Of a stretch of DNA of 64,000 nt, positions 26,570 to 35,848 are shown piece after piece (position 1 is the stretch's first letter; each line of letters starts with the position of its first letter). The stretch covers positions 87,871 to 151,870 of the forward strand of contig CBDFKB010000006.1 of the NCBI GenBank assembly GCA_965248715.1. The letters run 5' to 3'. The notes under the pieces are model-generated. The model saw only the letters and a program-made list of their open reading frames with translations, had not been told where the DNA came from and did no database searches. Source of the DNA: Rhizobiaceae bacterium (GTDB lineage: Bacteria; Pseudomonadota; Alphaproteobacteria; Rhizobiales; Rhizobiaceae). The position numbers and the translations under genes are program-made.

Positions 26570-27736
26570 TCACGCAGCAGCCGATCGGTCGGTAACGCTG
26601 ATCTCGACCAAGGTATTGGCAACCGCATCCAATAAGCCGTTGATTTGCTCCGCGCCGATTGCGCCAATGCAGCCGATACGAAACGTGTCCGCGACGGTTA
26701 ATTTACCCGGGTAGATCACGTAACCCTTGGCACGCAAATGATCGTAAAACGCCTCGAACTCGAAGTGCGGATCGCGCGGGCAGTGGAAGGTAACGATGAT
26801 CGGTGCCTGCAAATTGTCCGGTAGCAGGGTCTGGAAACCGAGCCCGCGCATGCCTTCGATCAGCAATCGGCAATTGGCACGATAGCGTGCATTGCGGCCG
26901 GCGACACCGCCCTCTTCGGTAAAGATTTCAAGCGCCTTGTCGAAGGCTGCAATGACCTGGACCGGCGGGGTAAATCGCCATTGATTGTTTTTCTCCATCG
27001 CGGTCCATTGTTCGAACAGATCAAGCGTCAGCGCCGGCGCATTGCCTTTGGTTTCGCTGAGCGCCTGTTTTCGTGCGATGCAAAAGCCCATGCCCGGCAC
27101 CCCTTCCAAACATTTGTTGGAGGAAGCGACCACCGCATCAAATGTTATGGTGCCGGCATCAAGCGGCAATGCGCCAAACGCGCTCATCGCGTCGATCAAA
27201 TAACGCCGGCCATGCCGGGCGACCAATTCGCCAACCTCAACAATCGGGTTAAGGATGCCCGTTGTGGTCTCGCAGTGAACGATCGCCACATGAGTGATTG
27301 CGGCATCTAAAGCCAAGGCTTCATCCACCGCTGCCGGGTCGACCGGCTGGTCTTCCGGCACTTCGATGATTTTCACCGCGCAGCCACGATAGTCGGCAAT
27401 TTTCGCGATGCGGTGGCCATAGGCGCCATTAACCAGCACCAACAGTTTACCGTCGCGCGGCACGAAGGTGCCGATCATCGCTTCGACCACGAAAGTTCCG
27501 CTTCCTTGCAGCGGCACGGTGGTGAAATCATCGCCTCCTGCAATGATCTCGACCAGTCGCTCGCGAACCCGGGCATTGACGGCGATGAAGTGGCCATCAC
27601 GCGACCCGTAATCGTGCAGCATCGCTTGTTTGACTTGGGGCGACGTGGTCAACGGTCCTGGGGTCATCAGCCATGGATCACCAGTCGGTGTGGCTGCGAT
27701 TTTACCGGTTTCATGACGATAGGTTGGTGCGGTCAT
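26570..27736 (-). CDS. phnW: 2-aminoethylphosphonate--pyruvate transaminase
   Basis: 388 aa, class-V aminotransferase fold (LMTPGPLTTS..., SSNKCLEGVPGMGF with the PLP lysine). Confidence 0.9.
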   Translation of the reverse strand: MTAPTYRHETGKIAATPTGDPWLMTPGPLTTSPQVKQAMLHDYGSRDGHFIAVNARVRERLVEIIAGGDDFTTVPLQGSGTFVVEAMIGTFVPRDGKLLVLVNGAYGHRIAKIADYRGCAVKIIEVPEDQPVDPAAVDEALALDAAITHVAIVHCETTTGILNPIVEVGELVARHGRRYLIDAMSAFGALPLDAGTITFDAVVASSNKCLEGVPGMGFCIARKQALSETKGNAPALTLDLFEQWTAMEKNNQWRFTPPVQVIAAFDKALEIFTEEGGVAGRNARYRANCRLLIEGMRGLGFQTLLPDNLQAPIIVTFHCPRDPHFEFEAFYDHLRAKGYVIYPGKLTVADTFRIGCIGAIGAEQINGLLDAVANTLVEISVTDRSAAA

Positions 27737-27861
27737 TGCTCACTCACTGCTGGGTTAAATTGGATTGGGCCAGGTTCGATTGAGATTGTGCTGGGTTTGG
27801 GCAGATCGGGCTGGGTGGTCTTATCACCCGCTTTTTTGCATCCATGACGCCAATTTGTAAA

Positions 27862-27876
27862 ATCTATAATTTAGAT
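27862..27876. promoter_or_regulatory. candidate LysR-type binding box (T-N11-A palindrome) in the phnW / lysR divergent region
   Basis: ATCTATAATTTAGAT is a perfect ATCTA-N5-TAGAT palindrome, 37 nt upstream of the proposed TTG start of the LysR gene. Confidence 0.4.
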
Positions 27877-27912
27877 GTTACTATCAGAATTTCATATGAA
27901 AGGGGAAAGCCG

Positions 27913-28782
27913 TTGCGTTACACCCAATTACGCGCTTTTCACCATGTCGCGGTAGAAGGCGGTTTCTCGCGTGCCGCGCAGGTTTTGCGCCTGACCCAAC
28001 CAGCGATTTCCGACCAGGTGCGCCGGCTCGAGGTTGACCATGACGTGCGGTTGTTCGACCGCGGGCATCGCCAGGTGAGGCTTACCAATGCCGGAAGACA
28101 ATTGCTGGAAATCACCCACCGGTTATTCGATGCCGAGTTGCAGGCGCGAGAATTATTATCGGAGGCCCAGGTGACCGCCGCAGGCCGATTGCGCATCATT
28201 GCCGATTCAGCCCTGCACCTGCGCGCCATCCTGCCCGCCTTCGGCAAGCGTTTTCCAGCAGTGCGGATCGAGATCAGGTCCGGCAATTCACGCGAAGTAA
28301 TCGCCGCGCTTGGAGCCTACACCGCCGATCTTGGGGTTACCGGCGATGAGCCAGAAACCGGCAGTTTGATGAAGGTTAGCCTGGGCCGGTCGCCGTTGGT
28401 CGCCTATTCATCGGTGGATCACCCGGCCGCTAGAGCAAAATCCACCACCTTGAAACATTTGGCCGGGCTGTCGCTGGTGCTGCGCGAAACCGGTTCCCGC
28501 ACAAGACGGTTGATTGAGCAGGCGGCGAATAAACATAAGGTGGCGTTGACACCGGCGATCGAGGCCGAAGGCCGCGAGGCGGTTACCGAAATCGTGGCCG
28601 CCGGTTTCGGCGTCGGCCTGATTTCCGAGGCCGAATTTCCTCGCGATCCGCGCTTGGCGATGATCCCGCTTGCCGGTACACCACCGGTGATGGAAGAAAC
28701 TTTGGTGTGTTTAAAGGAACGCCGCAATAACCGGTTGATCGCCGGGTTTATGGGTCTGGCCGGCGAAATCGCTTCGCGCTAA
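27913..28782 (+). CDS. LysR family transcriptional regulator (probable phosphonate-cluster regulator)
   Basis: LRYTQLRAFHHVAVEGGFSRAAQVLRLTQPAISDQVRRLE is the HTH. I prefer the TTG at 27913, preceded by AGGGGAAAG. The track ORF start at 27844 would run through the operator-like palindrome. Confidence 0.85.
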   Translation: MRYTQLRAFHHVAVEGGFSRAAQVLRLTQPAISDQVRRLEVDHDVRLFDRGHRQVRLTNAGRQLLEITHRLFDAELQARELLSEAQVTAAGRLRIIADSALHLRAILPAFGKRFPAVRIEIRSGNSREVIAALGAYTADLGVTGDEPETGSLMKVSLGRSPLVAYSSVDHPAARAKSTTLKHLAGLSLVLRETGSRTRRLIEQAANKHKVALTPAIEAEGREAVTEIVAAGFGVGLISEAEFPRDPRLAMIPLAGTPPVMEETLVCLKERRNNRLIAGFMGLAGEIASR

Positions 28783-29090
28783 GCGTATTCCCGAAAAGTG
28801 GAAACCGGTTTTCGGATAAGAATGCGCGCATAAACTAAGAGCTAGCGCTACGAAGCGTATCCAACGCTTGGTGACAAGCGCTAAGCGTATTCCCGAAAAG
28901 TGTGTAGCGGTTTTCGGATAAGAATGCGCGACAAAACAAACAGATAGCGCTACGAAGCGTATCCAACGCTTGGTGACATGCGCTATCGCGTATTCCCGAA
29001 AAGTGTGTAGCGGTTTTCGGATAAGAATGCGCGACAAAACAAACAGATAGCGCGACGAAGCTACTCTAACGCTTCGTGACAAGCGCTAGC
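28776..29090. repeat. three tandem units (102, 102 and 111 bp) of the mosaic A-spacer-B palindromic repeat
   Basis: Units start at 28776, 28878 and 28980. Each reads GCGCTAAGCGTATTCCCGAAAAGTG..CGGTTTTCGGATAAGAATGCGCG..AGCGCTACGAAGCGTATCCAACGCTTGGTGACA. Confidence 0.9.
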
Positions 29091-29126
29091 CAGCCAAAAA
29101 GCCTTTCAATCCGGTCGAAAACCGCC

Positions 29127-30149
29127 CTATGCGTCTTCTGGCTGATCGGCTGTGGTGTCGACTAATTCTTCCCAGCGGTGGCAAGCGACATCGTGCTCGC
29201 CGCCAGCGTGGCTAAGCTTGGGCTCTTCGGCCCGACAAATGTCGATCGCAAACGGGCATCTGGTGTTAAATTTGCACCCGGGCGGCGGGTTGGTCGGCGA
29301 GGGAATTTCCCCTTCCAGCTTTTGTGCGTGGCCGCGATGGTCAGGGTCAAGCGACGGGATCGCCGACAACAACGCCTTGGTATAGGGATGGCGCGGCGCG
29401 GCGAATAATTCTCGCGTCGGCGCGGTTTCCACCAACCGTCCCAGATACATCACCGCCACATGGTCGCAGGTATGCGCCACCACCGATAGATCATGGCTAA
29501 TGAACAAGAAGGTCAGTCCCATTTCTTCCTGCAACGAAATCAGCAAATTGAGGATATCGGCCTGGATCGACACATCAAGCGCGGCAACGCTTTCGTCGGC
29601 AACCACGAACCTTGGTTCCGATACCAAGGCGCGGGCAATCGAGATACGCTGGCGTTGACCGCCGGAAAATGCGTGCGGAAAGCGCCGCAGATGCTCCAAA
29701 TTAAGCCGGCATTTCGCCGCCATTTCGCGCACCCGTTGATCGGTCTCCTCGCGGGACTTGGTAATGCCCATTACCTCCAGCGGTTCGGCGATAATGTCAC
29801 GCACAGTCATGCGCGGGCTTAAAGCCGCATAGGGATCTTGAAAAATTAGTTGCACCCGGTGGCGATAATCCTTCAACTCGGCCTTGGACAAAGAGCCAAC
29901 GTCATATTCGACCTCGCCATCATTGTAGACGACGGTGCCGCGCGAGATTGTCAGCGCGCGCAGAAACGAACGGCCAAGCGTGGTCTTGCCGGACCCACTT
30001 TCGCCAACCAAACCGAAGAACGATCCGCGTGGGATGTCGAGATTGACGCTTTCGACCGCTTTCAGGACAGGTTTTTCGCCGAACAAAGTCCCGCGAAGTG
30101 GGAAATGTACACATAGATCGCGGGCGGAAATGACCGGTTTGTCGCTCAT
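29127..30149 (-). CDS. ABC transporter ATP-binding protein (Opp/Dpp family, OppF-like)
   Basis: GESGSGKTT Walker A, FSGGQRQRISIARAL signature, C-terminal oligopeptide-type extension. Confidence 0.9.
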   Translation of the reverse strand: MSDKPVISARDLCVHFPLRGTLFGEKPVLKAVESVNLDIPRGSFFGLVGESGSGKTTLGRSFLRALTISRGTVVYNDGEVEYDVGSLSKAELKDYRHRVQLIFQDPYAALSPRMTVRDIIAEPLEVMGITKSREETDQRVREMAAKCRLNLEHLRRFPHAFSGGQRQRISIARALVSEPRFVVADESVAALDVSIQADILNLLISLQEEMGLTFLFISHDLSVVAHTCDHVAVMYLGRLVETAPTRELFAAPRHPYTKALLSAIPSLDPDHRGHAQKLEGEIPSPTNPPPGCKFNTRCPFAIDICRAEEPKLSHAGGEHDVACHRWEELVDTTADQPEDA

Positions 30150-31147
30150 GTCGCCCCACCATTTTCAGCCGCCACCAGACAGGCCGCCATATGTGCACCG
30201 CCAAAACTGCTCATCTGCGGCACCGTTAGCCGGCAGGCGTCGATGGCGTGGGCGCAACGGGTGTGAAAAACACAGCCGTCTGGTCTTTCCAGTGGACTTG
30301 GAATATCGCCCGGCACCGGGGTTAACTCCGAATCCAGGTCTTCCAGATCAGGCAAGGCGTTGAGCAGGCCCTGGGTATAGGGATGGACCGGCTTGCGGAT
30401 CACATCGCGCACCGGCCCCTGCTCCACCAGTCGGCCAAGATACATCACCGCCACCCGGTCTGCGGTCTGCGCAATTACTCCGAGATCATGGGTGATGAAG
30501 ATAATGCCCATACCGTAATCAGCCACCAGGTCTTTCATCAGTTCGATCACCTGCGCCTGGATCGTCACATCAAGCGCTGTGGTCGGCTCGTCAGCAATCA
30601 GTAATTTCGGGTTGGTCGACAGTGCCATCGCGATCATCGCCCGTTGCCGCATGCCGCCAGACATTTCGAACGCATATTGGTCGACCCGTTTGTCGGCGTC
30701 GGAGATACCGACCCGCGCAAGCATTTCAATCGAAATGTCGCGGGCCTCGGTTTTGTTGAGATTACGGTGCAGCATCAATTGTTCGACCATCTGTTCACCG
30801 ATGCGGATCGCCGGCGCGAAACTGGCCATCGGTTCCTGAAAAATCATCGAAATCGCACCGCCACGCACCACCAGCATGTCTTTTGGCCGCTTCAGGCTCA
30901 GTACATCGACGGTCTCTTCACCGGTATTGAGCACAATGCTGCTTTGTTCGCCGTAGGCCGCGTTATCGGGATTAAGATGCATCAAGGATTTTGCCGTTAC
31001 CGACTTACCGGAGCCACTCTCGCCGACCAGGCCCAGCACCTCGCCGGGTGCAACATCGAACGACACGCTGTCGACCGCCTTTACCAGGCCCTCGTCGGTC
31101 CTGAAACTGAGGGTCAAATCCTTGACCGAAATCAGCGGCGCGCTCAT
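30146..31147 (-). CDS. ABC transporter ATP-binding protein (Opp/Dpp family, OppD-like)
   Basis: GESGSGKSV Walker A and MSGGMRQRAMIAMAL signature. 4-bp overlaps with both neighbouring genes. Confidence 0.9.
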   Translation of the reverse strand: MSAPLISVKDLTLSFRTDEGLVKAVDSVSFDVAPGEVLGLVGESGSGKSVTAKSLMHLNPDNAAYGEQSSIVLNTGEETVDVLSLKRPKDMLVVRGGAISMIFQEPMASFAPAIRIGEQMVEQLMLHRNLNKTEARDISIEMLARVGISDADKRVDQYAFEMSGGMRQRAMIAMALSTNPKLLIADEPTTALDVTIQAQVIELMKDLVADYGMGIIFITHDLGVIAQTADRVAVMYLGRLVEQGPVRDVIRKPVHPYTQGLLNALPDLEDLDSELTPVPGDIPSPLERPDGCVFHTRCAHAIDACRLTVPQMSSFGGAHMAACLVAAENGGAT

Positions 31148-32310
31148 TTCTTTACTCCCCCATATGGATCGGCTGCATCGCGCAATCCGTCACCAACGAA
31201 CACGAACGCCAGCACCAGGGCAATGAAGAAAATGACCGGAATGAAATACCACTGATAGTTCAGCAATACGTCTGCGCTGGTAACGTTTTGCAGCATCACG
31301 CCGAGCGAATTGACCGGGTCTTTGAGGCCAAGGCCGATGAACGAAAGCGCGGTTTCCGACAACACGATATAGGGGAACGAAATCACCAGATCGACGATGA
31401 TGTAGGAGGTAAAACTCGGCAATAAATGACGGCGGATAATGTGGCCGGCCGGTGCGCCGCACAATTGCGCCGCAAGCACATAATCTTGGGTGCGCTCGGT
31501 CAACAAATGGGTGCGCACCCGACGCGCCAAGGTCGGCCAATTAATAAAGCCGATGATGATCGAGATGAAGAAGAACCTGGTCTCCGAACTCCATGTGTCG
31601 GGGATGAACGCCGCCATCGCCATGAACAGGGGAATTATTGGTATGGTGCGCACAGCGTCGGTGATCATCTGGATAATACCGTCCAAGATACCGCCGAAAT
31701 AGCCCGACACGCCGCCGATAATCAGCGCCAGCACGAAGCTGATCAAAACCCCCAGGGTGCCGACCGCGAGCGAGGTGTAAATCGCGTGCAAGGTGCGCGA
31801 ATAAATATCCTTGCCAGATGCATCGGTGCCAAACAGGTGAACTTTGCCTTTGTCGACCCCGAACAGATGAGTATCGAATTTCAAACCGATATGGTCGGAA
31901 GCAAACAGGCCGTATTCCCAATCTTCGACAAAGAACTGAACATAACGCCGGTCTTCAGTGTCGATCGTCGTAACCCACCTGAAATTGGTCTTAAACGAGC
32001 GCTCGCGCGCAACTCCGTAGATGAACGGGCGGGCCGAACATCCATTGTCATCGCAAAATCGCGGGATTTGCGGCGCGCCATTTTGGTATTCGGTATCGCG
32101 GCCGGCGATATTGGGATTGTAGGGCGACAGGAATGGCGCAAACAGGCCGAGCAATATCAGGCCAACTAACACAGAAGCGGCGATCATCGCCGTGCGGTTA
32201 CGCTTGAACCTGGCCCAGATCAACTGGCCTTGCGAGGCGGTGAAATATGCTTCCTTGGCTTTTTGGCTCGACGCGGCGGCCTTGGCAATCTTGGCGCTTG
32301 TATCAGCCAT
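31144..32310 (-). CDS. ABC transporter permease (DppC/OppC-like, long N-terminal extension)
   Basis: 388 aa, BPD_transp_1 type membrane protein. Confidence 0.85.
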   Translation of the reverse strand: MADTSAKIAKAAASSQKAKEAYFTASQGQLIWARFKRNRTAMIAASVLVGLILLGLFAPFLSPYNPNIAGRDTEYQNGAPQIPRFCDDNGCSARPFIYGVARERSFKTNFRWVTTIDTEDRRYVQFFVEDWEYGLFASDHIGLKFDTHLFGVDKGKVHLFGTDASGKDIYSRTLHAIYTSLAVGTLGVLISFVLALIIGGVSGYFGGILDGIIQMITDAVRTIPIIPLFMAMAAFIPDTWSSETRFFFISIIIGFINWPTLARRVRTHLLTERTQDYVLAAQLCGAPAGHIIRRHLLPSFTSYIIVDLVISFPYIVLSETALSFIGLGLKDPVNSLGVMLQNVTSADVLLNYQWYFIPVIFFIALVLAFVFVGDGLRDAADPYGGVKK

Positions 32311-32314
32311 CGCC

Positions 32315-33334
32315 CTAACCCCCCATTACCGAGCGGCGAACCCTTGGGTCGACCAGTGCGAGACCGATATCGGTCAGGAAATTGAGGGTGACAATCGAGG
32401 CGGTTAAAAGAAAAATAATCGCACCAGCAAGCTGCTGGTCGTTGGATCGTGCTAGCGATTCCAGCAGTAGCGCCCCGGATTCGGTCAGCGTCAATATCAA
32501 TGCCACAATTGGCAGTTCGTTGAAGATGCGGTTAAGATCGAAACCGAGCGAATTGATGATCGGACCGAGCGCGTGCCGCGCCGGATAACGCCACAACAAT
32601 TTGCGGCCGAACAGGCCTCGCGCCGAGGCCGCGGTGACATAAAGTTTGCCGATTTCGTCCAGCATCAATGCGCGCACGGTCTGCAGTGCGAAGGCGGTTG
32701 CCGACCAACCGAGAATAAACACGGGTAGCCAAGCCCGCGACAAAAAATCCAACAGCTTGGCAAGGCTCCAATCGGCATCGCGGTATTCCTTGGAGAACAG
32801 ACCGGTTAGCGAATCGCCGAACACCACGGTGGAAAACAGCATGATCATCAGCGCCAGCAGGAAATTCGGCATCGCCAGGCCGAGATAGGAAACAAAGCGC
32901 AAGCTGCTGTTGAGCCACGGGTTTTTCGATGCCGCGGCTATGATGCCAACTGGTACCGCGATCAGATAAGCTAATAATAGCGAGGTCAGACAGATCGCCA
33001 GACTGATCAGGAACTTGTCGCCGAGAAGCTGGTTGATGTTGAGACGAAGAATGCAGCTATCGCCGAACTCGCCCTTAAACATCACATTGCCAACCCAACT
33101 GCCCCAGCGCACCACAAAAGGCCGGTCGAGGCCAAGGCGCCGCTCTTCGGCCTTGATGTCGTCAATGGTGATCTGGGAGCCCTGGGTATTCTTGAAAGCC
33201 AGGTAGCGCTCGGCGCAGGTGCCAGGCACCAGTTCCATCAGCGTAAATACAATCAGCGAAACGGTCAGCAGGGTAAACATCGCCATAAAGGCGCGAACCA
33301 GTGCAAACTGTGCAAATTGTGCAAATTGTGCCAT
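32315..33334 (-). CDS. ABC transporter permease (DppB/OppB-like)
   Basis: 339 aa. The N-terminus carries an (AQF)x3 repeat encoded by a 9-bp tandem repeat. Confidence 0.85.
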   Translation of the reverse strand: MAQFAQFAQFALVRAFMAMFTLLTVSLIVFTLMELVPGTCAERYLAFKNTQGSQITIDDIKAEERRLGLDRPFVVRWGSWVGNVMFKGEFGDSCILRLNINQLLGDKFLISLAICLTSLLLAYLIAVPVGIIAAASKNPWLNSSLRFVSYLGLAMPNFLLALMIMLFSTVVFGDSLTGLFSKEYRDADWSLAKLLDFLSRAWLPVFILGWSATAFALQTVRALMLDEIGKLYVTAASARGLFGRKLLWRYPARHALGPIINSLGFDLNRIFNELPIVALILTLTESGALLLESLARSNDQQLAGAIIFLLTASIVTLNFLTDIGLALVDPRVRRSVMGG

Positions 33335-33377
33335 TCAAGCCGTCCCGCATCCCGCCGATCTGCGAATTTTAAGATTT

Positions 33378-33484
33378 GCTAGCGCTTGTCACGAAGCGTT
33401 GGAATAGCTTCGTCGCGCCATCTCTTTATTTATGCCTGTCATTTTCCCCAAAACCGGTGCCCACTTTTGGGTGACACGCTCTAG
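33378..33484. repeat. mosaic palindromic repeat (B-spacer-A, reverse orientation), bounded by CTAG
   Basis: GCTAGCGCTTGTCACGAAGCGTTGGAATAGCTTCGTCGCGCC...CCCAAAACCGGTGCCCACTTTTGGGTGACACGCTCTAG. Confidence 0.9.
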
Positions 33485-33559
33485 ACCGCGCCATCTCGAT
33501 CATTCCGGGGGCCGCGATTGATGCGGCCCCCGAGATTTCTCATTCGAAGTGGTTGCGCC

Positions 33560-35641
33560 TTACTCGTCGAAGTACCACTGCTGGGCACGGTAAGGGAAGG
33601 TCCGATAATACTCGTAGGATGCGGTCTTAAACTCGAAAAAATTCTTGAGCGCATTGCGGCGGTAAATCGGATCAGGGGTCAGTGCGGTGCCAATAAACAG
33701 CAGATTGCCGGTCATGTTATCGACCAAACGGGCGCCAAGCATGTTGGACTGTTCGGTACCCGCCGGAGCCGACTGGAATGCGTCGATATCGGCAAGCAGC
33801 TGCTTGGCGTAGTCCGGAGGTTCAACGCCGCTGGCGCCATCGGAATCGACCCATTCGGCCCACAACATACCGGTGCGGTGGCCGAAATAGTTTTCAAATG
33901 GCGGCACCCACAATTCGTTGTTGCCGAGCACGATACCAAGCGGCTGGCCTTTTTCCCAGGCACCGACATCAAGCTGGTTCGACGACTGCGCCGAGCGGTA
34001 CTCGTCTGGGGTGACCTCTTTGACCGTGGTTTGAACGCCAACATCCGACCAATATTGCCCGACCAGTTCAACCACCTGTCCGGCGATACCCTGGGTGGCG
34101 AATTGCACGTTAAGAACGATCTTTTCGCCACTTGGCAGTTCGCGGAAACCGTCACCATCAGTGTCGGCCATGCCGATTTCGTCCAACAATGCGTTGGCAC
34201 CAGCGGTATCAAATTCGGTTGCAAACGTTGCCCACTTCGGATCGACGAAATCCGGCACCGGCGAAAATCCGGTATATTGCGCCGGTGTTCCTTGGCCGAA
34301 ATAGGCGACTTCGTTCAGTTCATCGCGGTTGATCGCAATCGACATCGCCTTGCGGAACCTGAAATCGCTAAATACTTTACGTTTTTCCGGGTCGTCCGAC
34401 GTAAGGTTGAAGGAAAACGCATGCATGGCGATTTTCGGCTTCAGATAAAGCGAGTAATCGCCCTTTTCCTGGTTCTCCAACAGCAGCGGCGCATCCGACA
34501 ATTGCAACGACTGGGTTTTATAGTCGGCCTCCGCATTGATCAGTTTCAATATCCGCACTTCTTTGTCGTTGGCGTAAAGCTCATCCTGCTCGCTAATATA
34601 GGGAAGCTGGTTGCCGGCGGTATCGACCATGAAGAAATACGGGTTAGCCACATAGTGGCGGCCTTCCGTTGTGTCGGAAATCGTCAGGAAGCTTTCCAGG
34701 GTCGGCACCACTGCATGGGGCAGATTGGCAACAATGTCCGGGCTGTTCAGCAGCGGCGACGGGGTATCGGTCCAATCCGAATTGCCGAAATAGTTCTTGA
34801 TCGCGTCCAGGCCATTTTCAAACCCGAGACCTTGGGCGTAGGCATCCGCATCCGCGTTGATGTCGGGATGGAACTTGCCAAGGAAGTGTTTTGGCTGGAA
34901 ACCTTGCGCAAACGATGTGGCAAAGTGAGCAAGCAAGCCAGGCTTTGGTGCTGGCAGGTTAAATCGCACGGTCTGAGGATCGATCACGTCGATCGTCATC
35001 CGTTCGCCGCCAACCAACACATAGTCTTTCGGCTTTTCGATTACTTTGGAATCAAGCGCTAGATTATCGTACCAGAACTTGACATCCTCGGCGGTAAACG
35101 GGGCGCCATCCGACCATTTGTGGCCTGCGCGCAGGAAGAAGGTCAATTGGGTGAAATCAGCGTTCCATTCCCAATCCTTAGCCACCATCGGCACGATGGT
35201 TTGCAGATCGTCCGAATAACGCACCAGATTAACGTGCCTGGTCGACAAGAAATCCGACGTGCCGGCTTCGGTGGCGTTGGAAAGCGCATCGAGCGTGCCG
35301 CCATATTTGCCGATCGAATCGTATGGGGTAACAACCAGCGGCTCGGAAGGCAGCCGGTCGGCTAGTCCTGGCAGTTCCGGATTGCCCTGAATTCTGCCGT
35401 TAAGAGCGCCAATTTCCGGGTTTTGTTGGAATGACATGGTGCAGTTGGACAGTGACTGGTACTGTGACAGTTCGTATTGCTGACGGTATTTGCCGGCGGC
35501 AACACCTTGCATGTCGGCGACGGTTGCCGCCGGACAATCGGCAGCGTGAGCGCTGGTTGCCAAGGCTAACGCCCCCGCCCCCAACAGCGCGCTGGCGCTA
35601 GCTAGAAATTTCGTGATATTTCGCGGCATATTTTCCTCCAC
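33560..35641 (-). CDS. ABC transporter substrate-binding protein, family 5 (peptide/opine/nickel type), large form
   Basis: 693 aa, signal peptide ...LALATSAHA, SBP_bac_5-like sequence throughout. Confidence 0.9.
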   Translation of the reverse strand: MEENMPRNITKFLASASALLGAGALALATSAHAADCPAATVADMQGVAAGKYRQQYELSQYQSLSNCTMSFQQNPEIGALNGRIQGNPELPGLADRLPSEPLVVTPYDSIGKYGGTLDALSNATEAGTSDFLSTRHVNLVRYSDDLQTIVPMVAKDWEWNADFTQLTFFLRAGHKWSDGAPFTAEDVKFWYDNLALDSKVIEKPKDYVLVGGERMTIDVIDPQTVRFNLPAPKPGLLAHFATSFAQGFQPKHFLGKFHPDINADADAYAQGLGFENGLDAIKNYFGNSDWTDTPSPLLNSPDIVANLPHAVVPTLESFLTISDTTEGRHYVANPYFFMVDTAGNQLPYISEQDELYANDKEVRILKLINAEADYKTQSLQLSDAPLLLENQEKGDYSLYLKPKIAMHAFSFNLTSDDPEKRKVFSDFRFRKAMSIAINRDELNEVAYFGQGTPAQYTGFSPVPDFVDPKWATFATEFDTAGANALLDEIGMADTDGDGFRELPSGEKIVLNVQFATQGIAGQVVELVGQYWSDVGVQTTVKEVTPDEYRSAQSSNQLDVGAWEKGQPLGIVLGNNELWVPPFENYFGHRTGMLWAEWVDSDGASGVEPPDYAKQLLADIDAFQSAPAGTEQSNMLGARLVDNMTGNLLFIGTALTPDPIYRRNALKNFFEFKTASYEYYRTFPYRAQQWYFDE

Positions 35642-35848
35642 TGTTGCACTCTAATTGTCCGACAATCGATTGTATCGGCAGCGATCAATTTCGTTAGGTC
35701 CAAATTGACCAGCCCGATAGTGCCAAACCGCTTATCCCCTTAACCAATAACCAATTCGCACTGGTCGGCCAAGCAAGACGCCGGCTAAAATCCAGACCTG
35801 GCATTCAATTGCTTCAAATTTGTCCCAAGATTAACACCCACTTGGTGA

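Noticed and set aside
28711-29082. 123-aa minus-strand ORF (..SYPKTATHFSGIRL.. repeated)
   Set aside because: It is a read-through of the three tandem mosaic repeats. The internally repeated peptide is an artefact of the DNA repeat.
28776-29090. Possible CRISPR array
   Set aside because: The 102-bp units are whole repeats with no unique spacers between them, the unit is far longer than CRISPR repeats, and no cas genes are present. The same modules occur singly elsewhere.
29378-29390. CCTTGGTATAGGG, resembling the 26-bp TIR terminus
   Set aside because: It lies inside the conserved HPYT-coding motif of the ABC ATPase, and a similar string occurs in the paralogous gene at about 30370. This is coincidental coding similarity, not a repeat copy.
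33518-35062. 514-aa plus-strand ORF
   Set aside because: It lies entirely antisense to the family-5 substrate-binding protein gene, whose product is clearly recognisable. The plus-strand product is Arg/Gly/His-rich with no motifs, which is the typical shadow ORF of a GC-rich gene.
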